In this document: positions 11,575-23,810 of the stretch, piece by piece
How positions within the stretch are numbered: position 1 is the stretch's first letter
Layout: every line of letters begins with the position of its first letter
Source of the DNA: Octopus bimaculoides
Lineage: Eukaryota
Direction: 5' to 3'
DNA length: 63,834 nt
NCBI RefSeq assembly: GCF_001194135.2
Contig: NC_068986.1
Location: forward strand, 37,215,882 to 37,279,715
Notes under the pieces: generated by a model
Told to the model about the DNA's origin: nothing
Seen by the model: the letters and a program-made list of their open reading frames with translations, nothing else
Databases searched by the model: none
Position numbers and translations under genes: made by a program

Positions 11575-11950
11575 TTCCTTGAGTTGTTTCAGTCATTTGA
11601 CTGCGACCATGCTGGAGCACCGCCTTGAAGAGCTTTTTAGTCGAAGAAATCGCCGCCCAGGACTTGATCTTTGTAAGCCTAGTACTTATTCCATCGGTTC
11701 TTTGCCGAACCGCTATGTTACGAGGACGTAAACACACCAACACCAGTTGTCAAGTGGGAATGGGGGACAAAGCCACACACATACATCCACATGCATGTGT
11801 GTGTGTATGTGTATACGACGGGATTCTTTCAGTTTCCGTCTACCAAATCCACTCACAAGGCTTTGGTCGGCCCGAGGCTATAGTAGAAGGCACTCGACCA
11901 AGGTGCCACGCAGTGGGACTGAACCCAGAACAACGTGGCTGGGAAGCAGG
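11575..11950 (-). mobile_element. SINE family A, near full length
   Basis: Tail, body and head in reverse orientation (CATGCTGGAGCACCGCC...CCAAGGTGCCACGCAGTGGGACTGAACC). Confidence 0.85.
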
Positions 11951-11994
11951 CCTCTTATATATAAAGAGGATCAAAGGTCCTCCCCAAGCCATAG

Positions 11995-12100
11995 GCTCAT
12001 AACGCCTGTTTCAAGTGTTTTACTCAAGAACCCAACGCATCGCCTGGCCTAGGAATCGAAACCACAATCATACGATCATGAGTGCAACACCCTAACGCCC
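11995..12100 (-). mobile_element. tRNA-like SINE head (family C-related)
   Basis: Minus strand reads TTAGGGTGTTGCACTCATGATCGTATGATTGTGGTTTCGATTCC, with a B-box-like GTTTCGATTCC. Confidence 0.55.
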
Positions 12101-13319
12101 CTCCACACACACACACGCACATCGAATTAAACGGTTAATAGTGAATCCATTAAATTAACTGGCCTCCACCTTAACCATCCCGATCGAAATCCTGACTACG
12201 CCGGAGCATAACCTTATAACCTTGGATAATGTGGTCCGAGGTATTGTGCACTTAGGATGTAAAGACTGGATGGTCACGTGAAAATGATCAGAGCTAACCC
12301 GGGGGCTAAACATCGTCTGTCGTCACTGATTACATCACACAAACTTATACGTCATCATTCATTTACAATCAGATGAGTTTGATTCCTCTATTTCTTCATC
12401 CTTTCCCATATACAATTACGCGCCTTTCTCTCTCTCTTTTTCTTCCACGGTCTTTTTTTTTTTTTTTACTCTCTCCCGTCTCACTCCGTCTGTCTTGACT
12501 TTCTCTTTCCTAGACATGTATTTAGCGCGAACAGGCTATTTATGAATGTGTATATGTAAGTGTATGAGCTTTTCACTGAATATGAAATCAATTGTTTGCA
12601 TACGCGTATGTGTGAGTGTATATGCATAAGTGTGTATGTGTGTGTGCGAAGCAAAATGCGAGCTTGCGCACTCAACTGTAGCCGTGTACATCAATATTAA
12701 ACTAACAAAATTAACCAGTGGTATAATATAAATATCAACCGCAAACAAGAGAGGCAATCCCACCACCATCATCACCATCAACAACAACACGTCACACTAT
12801 GTTCAATTGTAATATCCAACACAACAACAGTTGGTTGACTTTATAGACCGAAAGCTACAAGAGAAGCCGTCATATCTGTCGAAATTTTACAGACATGATA
12901 AATTACAAGAACACGTCCTGTACATAATATGATAAACCGAACGTCCTTCCCTCCGCCAACGACCTTCCGTCACACTCCGTCCGACACACGTCACCACTAC
13001 CGCTACCGAATGCAGACACCAACCCTTATTATCCATGCTGCTGACATTAACCCCCTACCAACCTAGCTACCCACGTCCATGTCCTTCATACTTCAGACTT
13101 CAAAGGGAAGCGTCTTGACTACTTTTGCTAATATTATTTCTATCGTCAGTAAGAAGAAATTTAGGAGTCACCTTTGACCTATCTCTGATCGATAATAAGC
13201 AGAGAAAACGGAGATGAGATTAAGCGTGCGTTTATGTTGCCGACAGTGACACACACACAATTTATAATATACATACATATATATATACATACACACACAT
13301 ACACATTATATATATAGAC

Positions 13320-13548
13320 GTAGGAGTGGCTGTGTGGTAAGGAGTTCACTTACCAACCACATGGTTCCGGGTTCAGTCCCACTGCGTGGCACCTTGGACA
13401 AGTGTCTTCTACTATAGCCTCGGGCCGACCAAAGCCTTGTGAGTGGATTTGGCAGACAGAAACTGAAAGAAGCCCGTCGTATATATATGTACATATGCAT
13501 ATGTGTGTGTGTGTGTTTGTGTGTCTGTGTTTGTCCCCCCCCCCCAAC
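13320..13548 (+). mobile_element. SINE family A, well-preserved 5' half with Pol III A/B boxes and CORE-like motif
   Basis: GGAGTGGCTGTGTGGTAAG (A-box-like), GGTTCAGTCCC (B-box-like), CCTTGGACAAGTGTCTT. Cut off by the gap. Confidence 0.9.
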
Positions 13549-14113
13549 NNNNNNNNNNNNNNNNNNNNNNNNNNNNNNNNNNNNNNNNNNNNNNNNNNNN
13601 NNNNNNNNNNNNNNNNNNNNNNNNNNNNNNNNNNNNNNNNNNNNNNNNNNNNNNNNNNNNNNNNNNNNNNNNNNNNNNNNNNNNNNNNNNNNNNNNNNNN
13701 NNNNNNNNNNNNNNNNNNNNNNNNNNNNNNNNNNNNNNNNNNNNNNNNNNNNNNNNNNNNNNNNNNNNNNNNNNNNNNNNNNNNNNNNNNNNNNNNNNNN
13801 NNNNNNNNNNNNNNNNNNNNNNNNNNNNNNNNNNNNNNNNNNNNNNNNNNNNNNNNNNNNNNNNNNNNNNNNNNNNNNNNNNNNNNNNNNNNNNNNNNNN
13901 NNNNNNNNNNNNNNNNNNNNNNNNNNNNNNNNNNNNNNNNNNNNNNNNNNNNNNNNNNNNNNNNNNNNNNNNNNNNNNNNNNNNNNNNNNNNNNNNNNNN
14001 NNNNNNNNNNNNNNNNNNNNNNNNNNNNNNNNNNNNNNNNNNNNNNNNNNNNNNNNNNNNNNNNNNNNNNNNNNNNNNNNNNNNNNNNNNNNNNNNNNNN
14101 NNNNNNNNNNNNN
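13549..14113. other. Assembly gap (N run)
   Basis: N characters. Confidence 1.
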
Positions 14114-14239
14114 CCGTGCGTGTGTGTAAATGTAAGGAATATAAAGCTTATAAGCTCCGAGGAGCGAGTCGCCAATTGCACGTATCTGAATATTAAAAGG
14201 GTAGAGTAAATAACAAAAAAAAAAATAATAAAGTGATGG

Positions 14240-14430
14240 GGTTACGAGCTGGCAGAATCGTTGGCACGCTAAATAAAGTGCATAACGACATTTCGAGATC
14301 AGTTTTGCTTTTCATCCTTTTGGGCTCGATTAAATAAGTACCAGTTAAGCACTGGGATCGATGTAATCGATAGACCCCTACCCCAGCTCCTATGAAGTTT
14401 CAAGCCTTGTGCCTATAGCAAAACGGAATT
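14240..14430 (+). mobile_element. SINE family B, internally deleted
   Basis: CGAGCTGGCAGAATCGTTGGCACG...TTTCATCCTTTTGGGCTCGATTAAATAAGTACCAG. Confidence 0.75.
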
Positions 14431-14810
14431 AAATAACATACAAGATAGGTATTCGATTTATTGAAATTATCTCCGCTTCCAGAGAGACAGTAAGGCCAAC
14501 CGCTTGTTGGCAACGACAACTGAAAAGATTGCAAGACGCAACAACAATTTTAGGAACAATAAATAAGCAAATGAGTGGAAACTTTACCGGTGAGTGTGTT
14601 AAATAAGGCACTAAAGGTGAATAACTCTTCCCAGACACAAGATATGGTCCAACACTCGAACTCACATAAAGAATCTTGCAAACCAAATCCAAAAACGAGA
14701 TATAGAGATTTAGAAAACGAGATATATATAGTGATTTAGAAATGTATTATTTCTATTTTTGAAATCAGTGAATATGTTTCACTAGAATTATTATATGTTT
14801 ACGAGAGCTT

Positions 14811-14894
14811 GGCAGGCATCTCCAGCTAGCAGGCCATTGCTACTCCAGACTGATGAGCAAAGACTCAGAAACCTGTCTCTGGATGCAGGCTTAG
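14811..14894 (+). pseudogene. Possible RTE-type LINE ORF2 C-terminal relic
   Basis: Translates GRHLQLAGHCYSRLMSKDSETCLWMQA*, resembling the RTE motif RRLxLAGHCxR...LLW. By-eye similarity only. Confidence 0.35.
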
Positions 14895-15764
14895 CTGGGT
14901 GGAGGAGCTTGTCTCCCCATTGTGAACATAAGGACACAGGAAATGTGTCAAAGCCGACAGGAAGCGGTGCTGCTTCCTAGGGCTAAATAGCAGTAGTATT
15001 ATTCCTTTCATGCGATTGAGGAAAACATTAAAAAATAACATTGGTTGACAACCGCACACACACACATTATTGATATCTTACAGTTGCCAAAATAACCATG
15101 CAATGTTCACGTGTACTGTTAGTTTATATTAATTCAAAACTTCTAGAAACCTTAGAAGTTATTACTATAGGTTTTATGAATAAATTCAAACGACACTGAA
15201 CTAATGTGGGAGAATAACAAATGAATTCAATAACCAAACTAAATCGTTTAATATTTGTTTGTTTATTTATTTATTTTGCTCAATAAAAACCTGAAGGTTG
15301 GTTTGTTTACTCTCAATGGTTATATCATAGAAGGAAAGCTATTGTCTACATCTCGTGTTTTCGAATTCGTTACGATATCCCATTCAAAATAACGACGGAG
15401 AAGGAAAAAGAAAAGTTGAATCAAGCAATTGTCTACAATTTCTGATTTGTCATAAGAGAAAACTTATGAATTGCTTATATATTCGGGTCAAATGAAAATA
15501 TTCATTGACACGGCCATGTACTAAGTGTCCCACACGTAAGAGAGCATTTAACATACTATACATGTATAAATGCTGTTCTACTTGTGCAACATATGGTAGC
15601 AATATTTAGTTAGAGTAGTGGGCAGTGACTTCAGACACTATTTCAGGGCGTTATGCTTCTGTTTGACACAAGCCACTTCGACAACAGCGAGCTCTGACTG
15701 ACAGTATGCCTAAAGTGGACCTCCAACCCAGAATTAGAGATTCCTAGCTTTCTTTATCTTTCAT

Positions 15765-15956
15765 TTGTTTCATAGTCATTGGAAGAGTTTAGTCGAACAA
15801 ATTGATCCCAGTATTCATTTGGTAAGTCTAATACTTATCTTAACGGTCTTTTGCCGAACCTCTAAGCTACGGGGTCGTTCACAAACTAACACTGGTTGTC
15901 AAGCAGCGAGGAAGGCCAAAATACATACACACACATATCTATATCTATTTACATAG

Positions 15957-16029
<73 letters not shown>

Positions 16030-16155
16030 ACGGGCTTCCCCTCAGGTTTCGCTTATCAAATTCACTCACAAGGTATTGGTCAACTCGGAACTATAGTAGA
16101 AAATATTTGGCCAAAGTGCCGCATATTGGAACTGAACCTGAAACCGCATGCTTGT
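15765..16155 (-). mobile_element. SINE family A with internal (TA)n
   Basis: Tail TTGTTTCATAGTCATT, TTTGCCGAACC, CACTCACAAGG, GAACTGAACCTG. Confidence 0.75.
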
Positions 16156-16699
16156 TATGGGTAAATAACATCACTGCCAAAATGCTAGGGAATAAACTTT
16201 ATAATAAATAAACCTAAAGTTGATCCCGAAAGGTGGTTTGGTACTCGACTCAATAGCGTCCCGGCAATTTCTATAAACAGACTGGTGTCAACGTAATGCT
16301 TTCTGTCAAGGCAATTCATGATTTCCATACAAGAATTCAAGATTGTGGCCTGGAGAGGTCGATCACTTCAAAGCAACTATGAAAATTGCTAACACCACAA
16401 GACATATTGCCCCAAGGCTGGGTTAGATGTCTAGTCACAAACGAGTACAGCGAGTACAGCAACTTCAACAAGGAAGATAACAGCTGTGGGTTGCGTCTGG
16501 CGGTAGGACAAATACTACTGACTGAACAATGGTGTAAGCTCTATTGTATCTCGAAACAGATATGTGTCAGAAAAAGAGGAGAAAGAGATGGAGAGTGAAT
16601 GAGTGGGGAGTGTAGGGAGAGAGAAAGAGAGGAGAGACAAACTGAGAGAGAGAGAGAGAAAAGGTGGAGAAGAAGCAATATTTCTTTATAGAACCCCTG

Positions 16700-17160
16700 T
16701 CGGGATTTGGTCCAAGAGCAGCCCGAACTGAGCAGACCTATGATTAAAAGGCACCCTAGTATTTTTGTAAATCCAAATAACCAACATTTCCCAATATGAT
16801 TTGATTCGAGGAAGATTTAACTGCTATTTTTAGAAGATCGAGTGACCACACAAAGGTTTCCCCGTTGGTTCGTGGTGTCCACACATCACAGCAAGTTGTG
16901 GGATTTCAACATGACCTTCCCTTTTAAGACGATAGGGAGTAACGTGAAGATTTGGTTACTATTTTTAGCATGCCATGCGACTACATAGAGGTTCCTTCAT
17001 TGATTCGTGGTCTTTACGTCACAGTGGGTCGTGGGCCTTCACACTGACGTTCCATTTTCAGACGATTCAGTGTGATTTGAGGAAGATTTGTCTACTGTTT
17101 CTAGTATGTTGAGCGATCACGTGGAAGTTTCTAAATTGGTTTGTGGTGTCAACATGTTAC
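16700..17160 (+). repeat. Dispersed repeat family D, including three diverged ~135-bp tandem units
   Basis: Module GATTTGAGGAAGATTT.GCT.CTATTT.TAG...CCAC.TAGAGGTT.C...TTGGTTCGTGGTGTC at ~16800, ~16945 and ~17072. Confidence 0.7.
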
Positions 17161-18174
17161 AATGGGTTGTGCAGTTCAATTCATAGAGACGAACTAAGCT
17201 TTCCAAATTTATAACAGAAATAAACAAATTTGCGTGATATTTCCAATGTCCTCGTCATCTCGTTTATTATCTTTGCTGATTGCAGTTGTTCCGACAAACG
17301 AGCAAATTTCTAAACAATGAGTGGATGTTTAGACAATTCCGTTTAATTTTCGCTGTGTTTAAAAGACAATAGTAAATTCTGTAATCATAGAATATTGCTC
17401 AAATAATTCTAGCTATCCATCTCGTTTACATTTATCGCATCCCTCCTTCCATTTTCATATCTCAACTTCATGACTGTGCTGGTCTCTCTCTCTCTCTCTC
17501 TCCACATATACATACATACACACAAGTATAATCATACATACTTACACATACTTTATATACATAACTATGTTTTCAGACAATCTCTTTATCGTTTTAATTT
17601 ATTTGGTTCTCATTTTTTAATTATTTTATAACAATTGTTTTTAGTTCCAAAAATCTCAGCACCAAATTACCACAAGCACCCACCTAACTTAACCTCATTC
17701 TTTTTCTATTATTTTCATAAGAAAAATAGACGAAAATTGACTACATTTTGAAATAAATTCCACACACACACACTTACCCAAATTGAATTGCTGGAGTTAT
17801 TTCATTTTTTTTCTTTTTTCCAGAAAAATGTTTTAAAAATGTTATAGAGGTTTAAAGTTGAATCATTTTCACCCAATCAGGAAACAGGATTTGGAAGCTG
17901 TCATTTTGTGTGTGACTTCACATTTTGTCAACAACTTGAAAATAGCACGTGTTGTCAATATTTGTAAACAACACGTTATGTCTCCGGTAATTTTCTTTCG
18001 TGTAAATAAATGTTTATGAGAATTTTAAAATTTGCCAGTAAAATCTTATAAAATCACTATGTTCCAAAAGATGTACACGACGGGCTTCTTTCAATTTCCG
18101 TCAATCAAATCCACTCACAAAGCTTTAGTCGGCCCTAGGCTATAGTAGAAGACACACACACATTATATATATAT

Positions 18175-18213
<39 letters not shown>

Positions 18214-18242
18214 CGCACGAACCCGCCCACACATACATACAT

Positions 18243-18275
<33 letters not shown>

Positions 18276-19479
18276 TCATGCACAGCGACACTTACAATTG
18301 TCGCGGTTTTAGGTCGGAAGATCCCACCACCACCACCACCATTCCTTCCTACGTTCAAACAATGATGTGATGCATCTACATACGCTTTGTCTTCCATCAA
18401 CCACGAAATGTCTGACAGCAGAATTATAAACAATTTGCTGTGTTATGGCTTTTTAAATCTCCGGAGCAGAAGCACATAAGAATACCTTAATTCTTAAGAT
18501 TTCTCTCTCCTGCAGCTGGCACTTTACCAAATTTTACACAGCTACATGCAGACACATACATAAACACATCCGCACACATTCACATATACACGCGCATGCA
18601 CGCTCATCCAAACATACACATACCTTCACATATACATATACGCATACCCATATAGACACACACTCATAACCATATGCACACATATACGTCTATCCATCCA
18701 CGCACATAATCCATATCCCCATACGCTTATAATCATATATATACAAACACATTATCCACACGCATGTAGAAATATCCATCCGAATATGCACACACGTATA
18801 TATATATATATATATATATATATTCGCTCACGCACACTTCCATATATTCATACGCTCACAGCCATATATAAACACACTTAGCCACATGCATCACATATAT
18901 CCATCCATACTTGTACACCTCTCCATATACAAACGCATATCCATATACACAACACATCCCTCCATAGGTGCAGATGTTTACGCGCTCACATATATACCGT
19001 CTGAGGAAAATTAATTTGAATTACGCAGTTCACTGGATACGTACGTCTGTCCATCTGTGTCTGTCGGTGCTAACATCAGCCTCTTTGCCACCTCCTTTCA
19101 CCAGAATATCATTACTTCCATCATCATCACAGCCTCTCCGGTAATTTTTCTATTTCACTGAGATGATCTATTACCCATCTTTCGAATGTTGTTTGTTGCT
19201 GCTGCTGCTGCTGCCTTTGCTGGTGCTGTTGTTTTTGTTTTTATAACAGTTTACAAGGTTTGAAGGTACAAGAGTAAAAATCTACTCGGATTATTTTACA
19301 TGCAGGTAGATTTCGAAACTCTAAACCAGACAGACATCTGTGATCAGGTGTAAAGAAGTAAAAACAGAGAACCACGGAGAGAAGGAGGAAGAAACAGAAA
19401 CAGAGAGAGAGAGAGAGAAAGGGCTCTTTCTCGGAGTTTCATTACTTTTTACATGATTTTATATTATTTTTGTATTTTA

Positions 19480-19705
19480 ATACCGGTTTCAAATTTTGGC
19501 ACCAGGTCAGCAAATTTTGGGGGCGGGTATGAGTCGATTTCACCGACCTCACTGCTCAACTGGCACTTATTTTATCGACCCCCGAAAGGATGAAAGACAA
19601 AGTCTCGACCTCAGCGGAATTTGAACTCGGAACATTAAGACGGATGAAATACCGCTTAACATCTTGTCTGGCGTGCTAACGATTCTGCCAACTTGCTGCC
19701 TTAAC
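19480..19705 (-). mobile_element. SINE family B, full length
   Basis: GGTTTCAAATTTTGGCAC...ATCGACCCCCGAAAGGATGAAAG...GGCGTGCTAACGATTCTGCCAACTTGCTGCC. Confidence 0.85.
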
Positions 19706-19994
19706 AATTGCAATATACTGGTTTCAAATTCCGGCACAAGGCCATCCAATTGCAAATATATTGGAAAGATGATGTTGGTGAATTATTGTTGAATATCGTC
19801 ACCATTGCTGTTTAGCCTTAGAAAGACATGGTTAGGTGATTGAGTTGATAACTTCATAACTTCCCAATTTCGAGTTTGAATTCATTTCCCGAGTTGAATT
19901 AATTTTGGTGCAAGAATATTCTAAAAGAGCTTCGGAATGACAAAAAGACATCATATTGACGAACTTTTTAAAAACAAATTACAACACGATTATA

Positions 19995-20207
19995 CGAAGG
20001 GGTGCACAAAAATTCCTGGCTTTGGGCAAAAGAAAATACGGGAGGATCGATTAATTATGATTTTATTCGACACATTCCCCTCTCAAATTCAGGCTTATTG
20101 CAGCAGCCCTTTAATTTTTCTGATCCCTGTAAAAGAATTCGGAAGGTTGGATCTCCAACCAAGCCTTTCGTGATACCCTTAAAACTAGGAACTTTCAGCA
20201 CTTCTCG
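19995..20207 (-). mobile_element. Mariner-derived MITE (213 bp) retaining the transposase C-terminal codons
   Basis: TA|CGAAGGGGTGCACAAAAATTCCTGGCTTT ... AAAACTAGGAACTTTCAGCACTTCTCG|TA. The minus strand reads approximately EFFYRDQKKL...LNLRGECVE*, like a mariner terminus. Confidence 0.8.
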
Positions 20208-20254
20208 TACCGTAATACTGTATGTAAAGTATTACTTGAAAGAATTTACCAACG

Positions 20255-20500
20255 TAGGCGTAAGCATGGTTATGTGACCAATGAGTCGGCTTCGCAACTA
20301 AGGAGGTTTCAGGTTCAGTCCCAACTTGCGACATCTTTGGCAAGTGTCTCCTACAATAACCGTATACTGGTCAATACCTTGTGAGTGAACTTAGTAGACA
20401 GAAACTGCAGAAACCGGTGTCTGTGTTTCAATGCCAGACGCATTACAACAGTAGTTTGCTTACGTGCTTGTAAACTTAGCGGTTCGGTAAAGAATGACAC
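20255..20500 (+). mobile_element. SINE family A, degenerate
   Basis: GGTTCAGTCCC, TTTGGCAAGTGTCT, TTGTGAGTGAA, AACTTAGCGGTTCGG. Confidence 0.65.
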
Positions 20501-21167
20501 ATAAATAAGGAAGTATAGTTGATTAGATAATTTCAAAAGTATTGTGCACTGCATCATACTCATGCACACCCAAATTGGGTGCTACTGTTTTGTCGTGTTT
20601 GTGAAGCCTTGTACGTCTGACTTAACAGGTCTCTAATCAAACCGTTCCAGTTGAAGTCATGTCGACTTTTTAGTGATATCTAGGTCTATATGTAATGTGA
20701 CGCTCCACTTCTGTAAAAACGGTGGTGAACGTTGTGAGGGAAGATTAGTTAAAATTTCTGTGAAGACCGTAGAAGGTTCTGTTGTCGGCTAGTTGTTTCA
20801 TCTATTCTTCATTCTATTATGACAGAAACAAACGGAGTCCAGATTTTCTTTTTTAATTGGTGTGTGGCTTCTTGAAAAAATCGTTTTGCTATTTCTCAAG
20901 TTATTAAATATGAAGTACGTGACACAGCAATTTTCAAAAGAAAAGAAATGAAACAAGTTACACAGAAAACGAAATACAATGTAAATACAATTCTTTTATA
21001 CAACAAAGCAATTTCTTTGAGATATCGGTGACTATATACAAAATATATTGGGAGCGCTTAACAAGGTGGTTCGACTTGTTAAAAATAGAAGCTAAATCTC
21101 CCTTAAATTACACCCTACCGTCTTAAAAGTAAACTGAAATATTGGATAGTGTGTCATTACCCTAATA

Positions 21168-21400
21168 TGAAGGCGGTGAGCTGACAAGATAGTTATGTGT
21201 CGAAAAAGTGTTGCGAGGTAATGTCTTCCAATTCATTCGTTAGATACTGAGTTCAAATACCGTTGAGGTTGACGTTGGCTTTTCAGTCTTTTGGGGTCGA
21301 TAAAATACGAATAAGCACCAGTCGAGTACCGAGATCGATATAATCAACTCAACCTCACCTTCTAAGTTTGCTGGACTTGTACTTAAATTTGAAACCATTT
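21168..21400 (+). mobile_element. SINE family B, degenerate
   Basis: AAGGCGGTGAGCTG...GAGTTCAAATACC...GGGGTCGATAAA...AAATTTGAAACC. Confidence 0.7.
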
Positions 21401-21868
21401 CCGAATATGTCGCGTGACTGTATTTGGTAAATAGAAAAGCCTGTCTTTATACATACATACATACATACATACATAATCTTACTGATTTAAATGTCTGGTG
21501 AGTTAAAGAAGGGCCCGTAAATAGTTGAAGCCTTACTCCAAAAAGAAAAGATGGAACCCTTTTTCTCACCCTACCGGGGCTTGTAGGCAATTTTATTGTA
21601 CCTTACAAAATTTCTTTCGGCGGCCTGAGTTGATCAAATTTTGATCAAGTCGATAAAATCTAACCTAGGGCTAAACGACATCAAAAACAGCAACAGATTC
21701 ACAACCAAAAGGAATCTCGATTCATTCATTTTGTTTACGCTGTTTAAAAGCTGTTCTAGAAATATTTACACAACGTATGTATTTTTAATTAATACAACGC
21801 CTGTTAATTAATACTTCAATAACCGACAATAGACAGCAGTTAGAATAGTGAGACGGAAAAAGAAATAC

Positions 21869-21902
<34 letters not shown>

Positions 21903-22767
21903 CATTCAACGATAGCAAGAAGGGTCTGAACCAGCTCATTTACATTTGAAATTTGATAGCTTCGCTCCTGAAATTAGGTCGCTATTCCTTACATCACTAA
22001 TCGTTTGCCATCCCGTCTCTGAGTAGACGTAGAAAAAAAAAGGGGGGGAAAGGGAAAAAATCTTAGCACCTAGACTATCCTATTTACTATAAAACTACAC
22101 CTTAGCGTTGTTTTAAAAGTGCATTGAAGATGTCTGATTTGAACAAACTTCGTTTTACGTACCTTTATTTACTTTCTTTTTCTTTCTAAGCTACCTTTCA
22201 GCAAAGAAGTAACGAGTCGTTATCGAAACAAACTCGAGTGTAAAAGAGCCCCTAGTTGAATAGTGCGTTGCGTTTCTTTCGTTATATTGCAGTGAAATAA
22301 CGGTAATGAAGTGTTGAGAAAGGGTGACACAGCGGGCAGGTGATAGATAGATAGATAGTGAAATATAGGTAGGTTGAAAGTTAGATAGATAGATTGATAG
22401 ATAATAAGATAGAAATGTGTGTCATCGTGTGTCATCGTGTCCACGGGGACACACAAACATTTTATGTGTGTTTGCGCGCGTGAGGTAGATTACCGTCGTT
22501 TGACGACGAGAATTCAGTAGTTCGACCAATAACCCACTCCTGCATTAACGCATATATGGCTGAGTATCCCACACGGAAAGTAAGTTAACATGCCGTCTAG
22601 TATCCGTAAAAGAAAAAAAAATTAGAATAAATTGATCGGAAGTGATAAGAATGACATCCCATAACTTTATGTAAACAATGTGACATAACCAATGCATAGA
22701 AGCCCTGGTACATATATTCAATATAACATAAACCGTACATATAGTTTGCATAAGAAAACAATAACAA

Positions 22768-23810
22768 TTACAAGAAAACATGGCGGTCATTGATGCATGA
22801 AATGAGATTCGTGAATAGTTTTTGACGTTCTCTAAATTTGCTTCCGACTTATTCTCATGAAGGTATTATATAAACGAAGCATCAGTAGTCCTTCGTTGTC
22901 GCCCAATTACCTCTCATGGGCCCTCTATAGTCTGTGTATGGATGCAGTCATCGTTTGGATCTGAGGGGGTTTGCTTCCCAATCGCATGATTCCGGGTTTA
23001 AGTCCCTCTGCGTAGCACCTTAAGCAAATGTCTTCTATTATTATAGCCCAAGGCTTACCAAAGCTTTGTGAGTGGATTTGGCAAACAGAAACTAAAAGAA
23101 ACTCGTCGTATATATGCGCGCACGCGTCCTTGTGTGTGTGTGTGTCCGTCACCAATTGACAACTAGTGTTAATGTGCTTACGTTCCTGTAACTGAGCGAT
23201 TCAGCAATGGAACCGATAGAAATAAATACCAGGCCTTAAAAATAAGTACTGGGGTCGAGCCATTCGACTAAAAATATTTCAAGGCGGTACTCCAGCATGG
23301 CCGCAGCCTAATGACAGAAACAAGTAAAAGATAAAACATAGAAGTTGCCCAAACCCATGCAGGAAGCCCACCCATTGGATATCGAGCATGTGTCTGGGAA
23401 TACCCAATGTTTGAACCAAAGTGTTTCGTAAATGCGATCGAAGACCTCAATCAGACAGCGTTTACCTGTAAACCTTTCTTGTACACCGAATACTCACTGC
23501 CCTTCGTGCGATTCTCTTAGATGATATTTCCAATGTATATATCTGGGTTCGTCCATTTCCAGACTAATGGGACATCCTGCATCATCCAATCCACTGGGTT
23601 GCTGTGAATGAGCTTCCAAGTGCTGCTCACATCTTTCAGGAAACTGCACCAATCAACTACTGCATTATTACTCACTTGCAGTTAAAAAAAATCATTTCGT
23701 TCTGCTGTAATCTTTTATTCAGACGTATATCAGTCGATTGATTATTGGGAGAGTCAAATGGAACCACCCGATGTTATAGAAAAGGACATTTATCCAAGAA
23801 TACTACTTAC
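22768..23810 (-). pseudogene. Decayed Merlin (IS1016/ISXO2-like DDE) transposase, split by a SINE
   Basis: Minus-strand pieces: HLTLPIINRLIYV*; QVSNNAVVDWCSFLKDV; GLDDAGCPISLEMDEPRYIHWKYHLRESHEGQ*VFGVQERFTGKRCLIEVFDRIYETLWFKHWVFPDTCSISNGWAS. After the SINE: DPNDDCIHTQTIEG..YLHE..KFRERQKLFTNLISCI. The order follows the Merlin consensus VEIDES..KY.RG..GxWVFG.ER..G..FLVxVxDR..LPG..IxSDGW.AY..DP...HTQxIE..YLxEF. Confidence 0.85.
22966..23334 (+). mobile_element. SINE family A (5'-truncated) nested in the Merlin relic
   Basis: TTGCTTCCCAATCGCATGATTCCGGG through AAGGCGGTACTCCAGCATGGCCGCAG...GAAACAAGTAAAAG. Confidence 0.85.

Noticed and set aside
16240-16560. LINE or lectin-like coding remnant
   Set aside because: Only scattered short resemblances across stops; no consistent frame.
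16795-17160. CRISPR-like array
   Set aside because: The units are long and diverged, lack short constant repeats with unique spacers, and the context is eukaryotic with no cas genes.
19020-19240. Poly-Gln exon on the minus strand (QQQQQQQTTFERWVIDHLSEIEKLPERL*)
   Set aside because: An in-frame stop lies just upstream, there is no polypyrimidine acceptor, and the Gln run is a (CAG/CAA) microsatellite.
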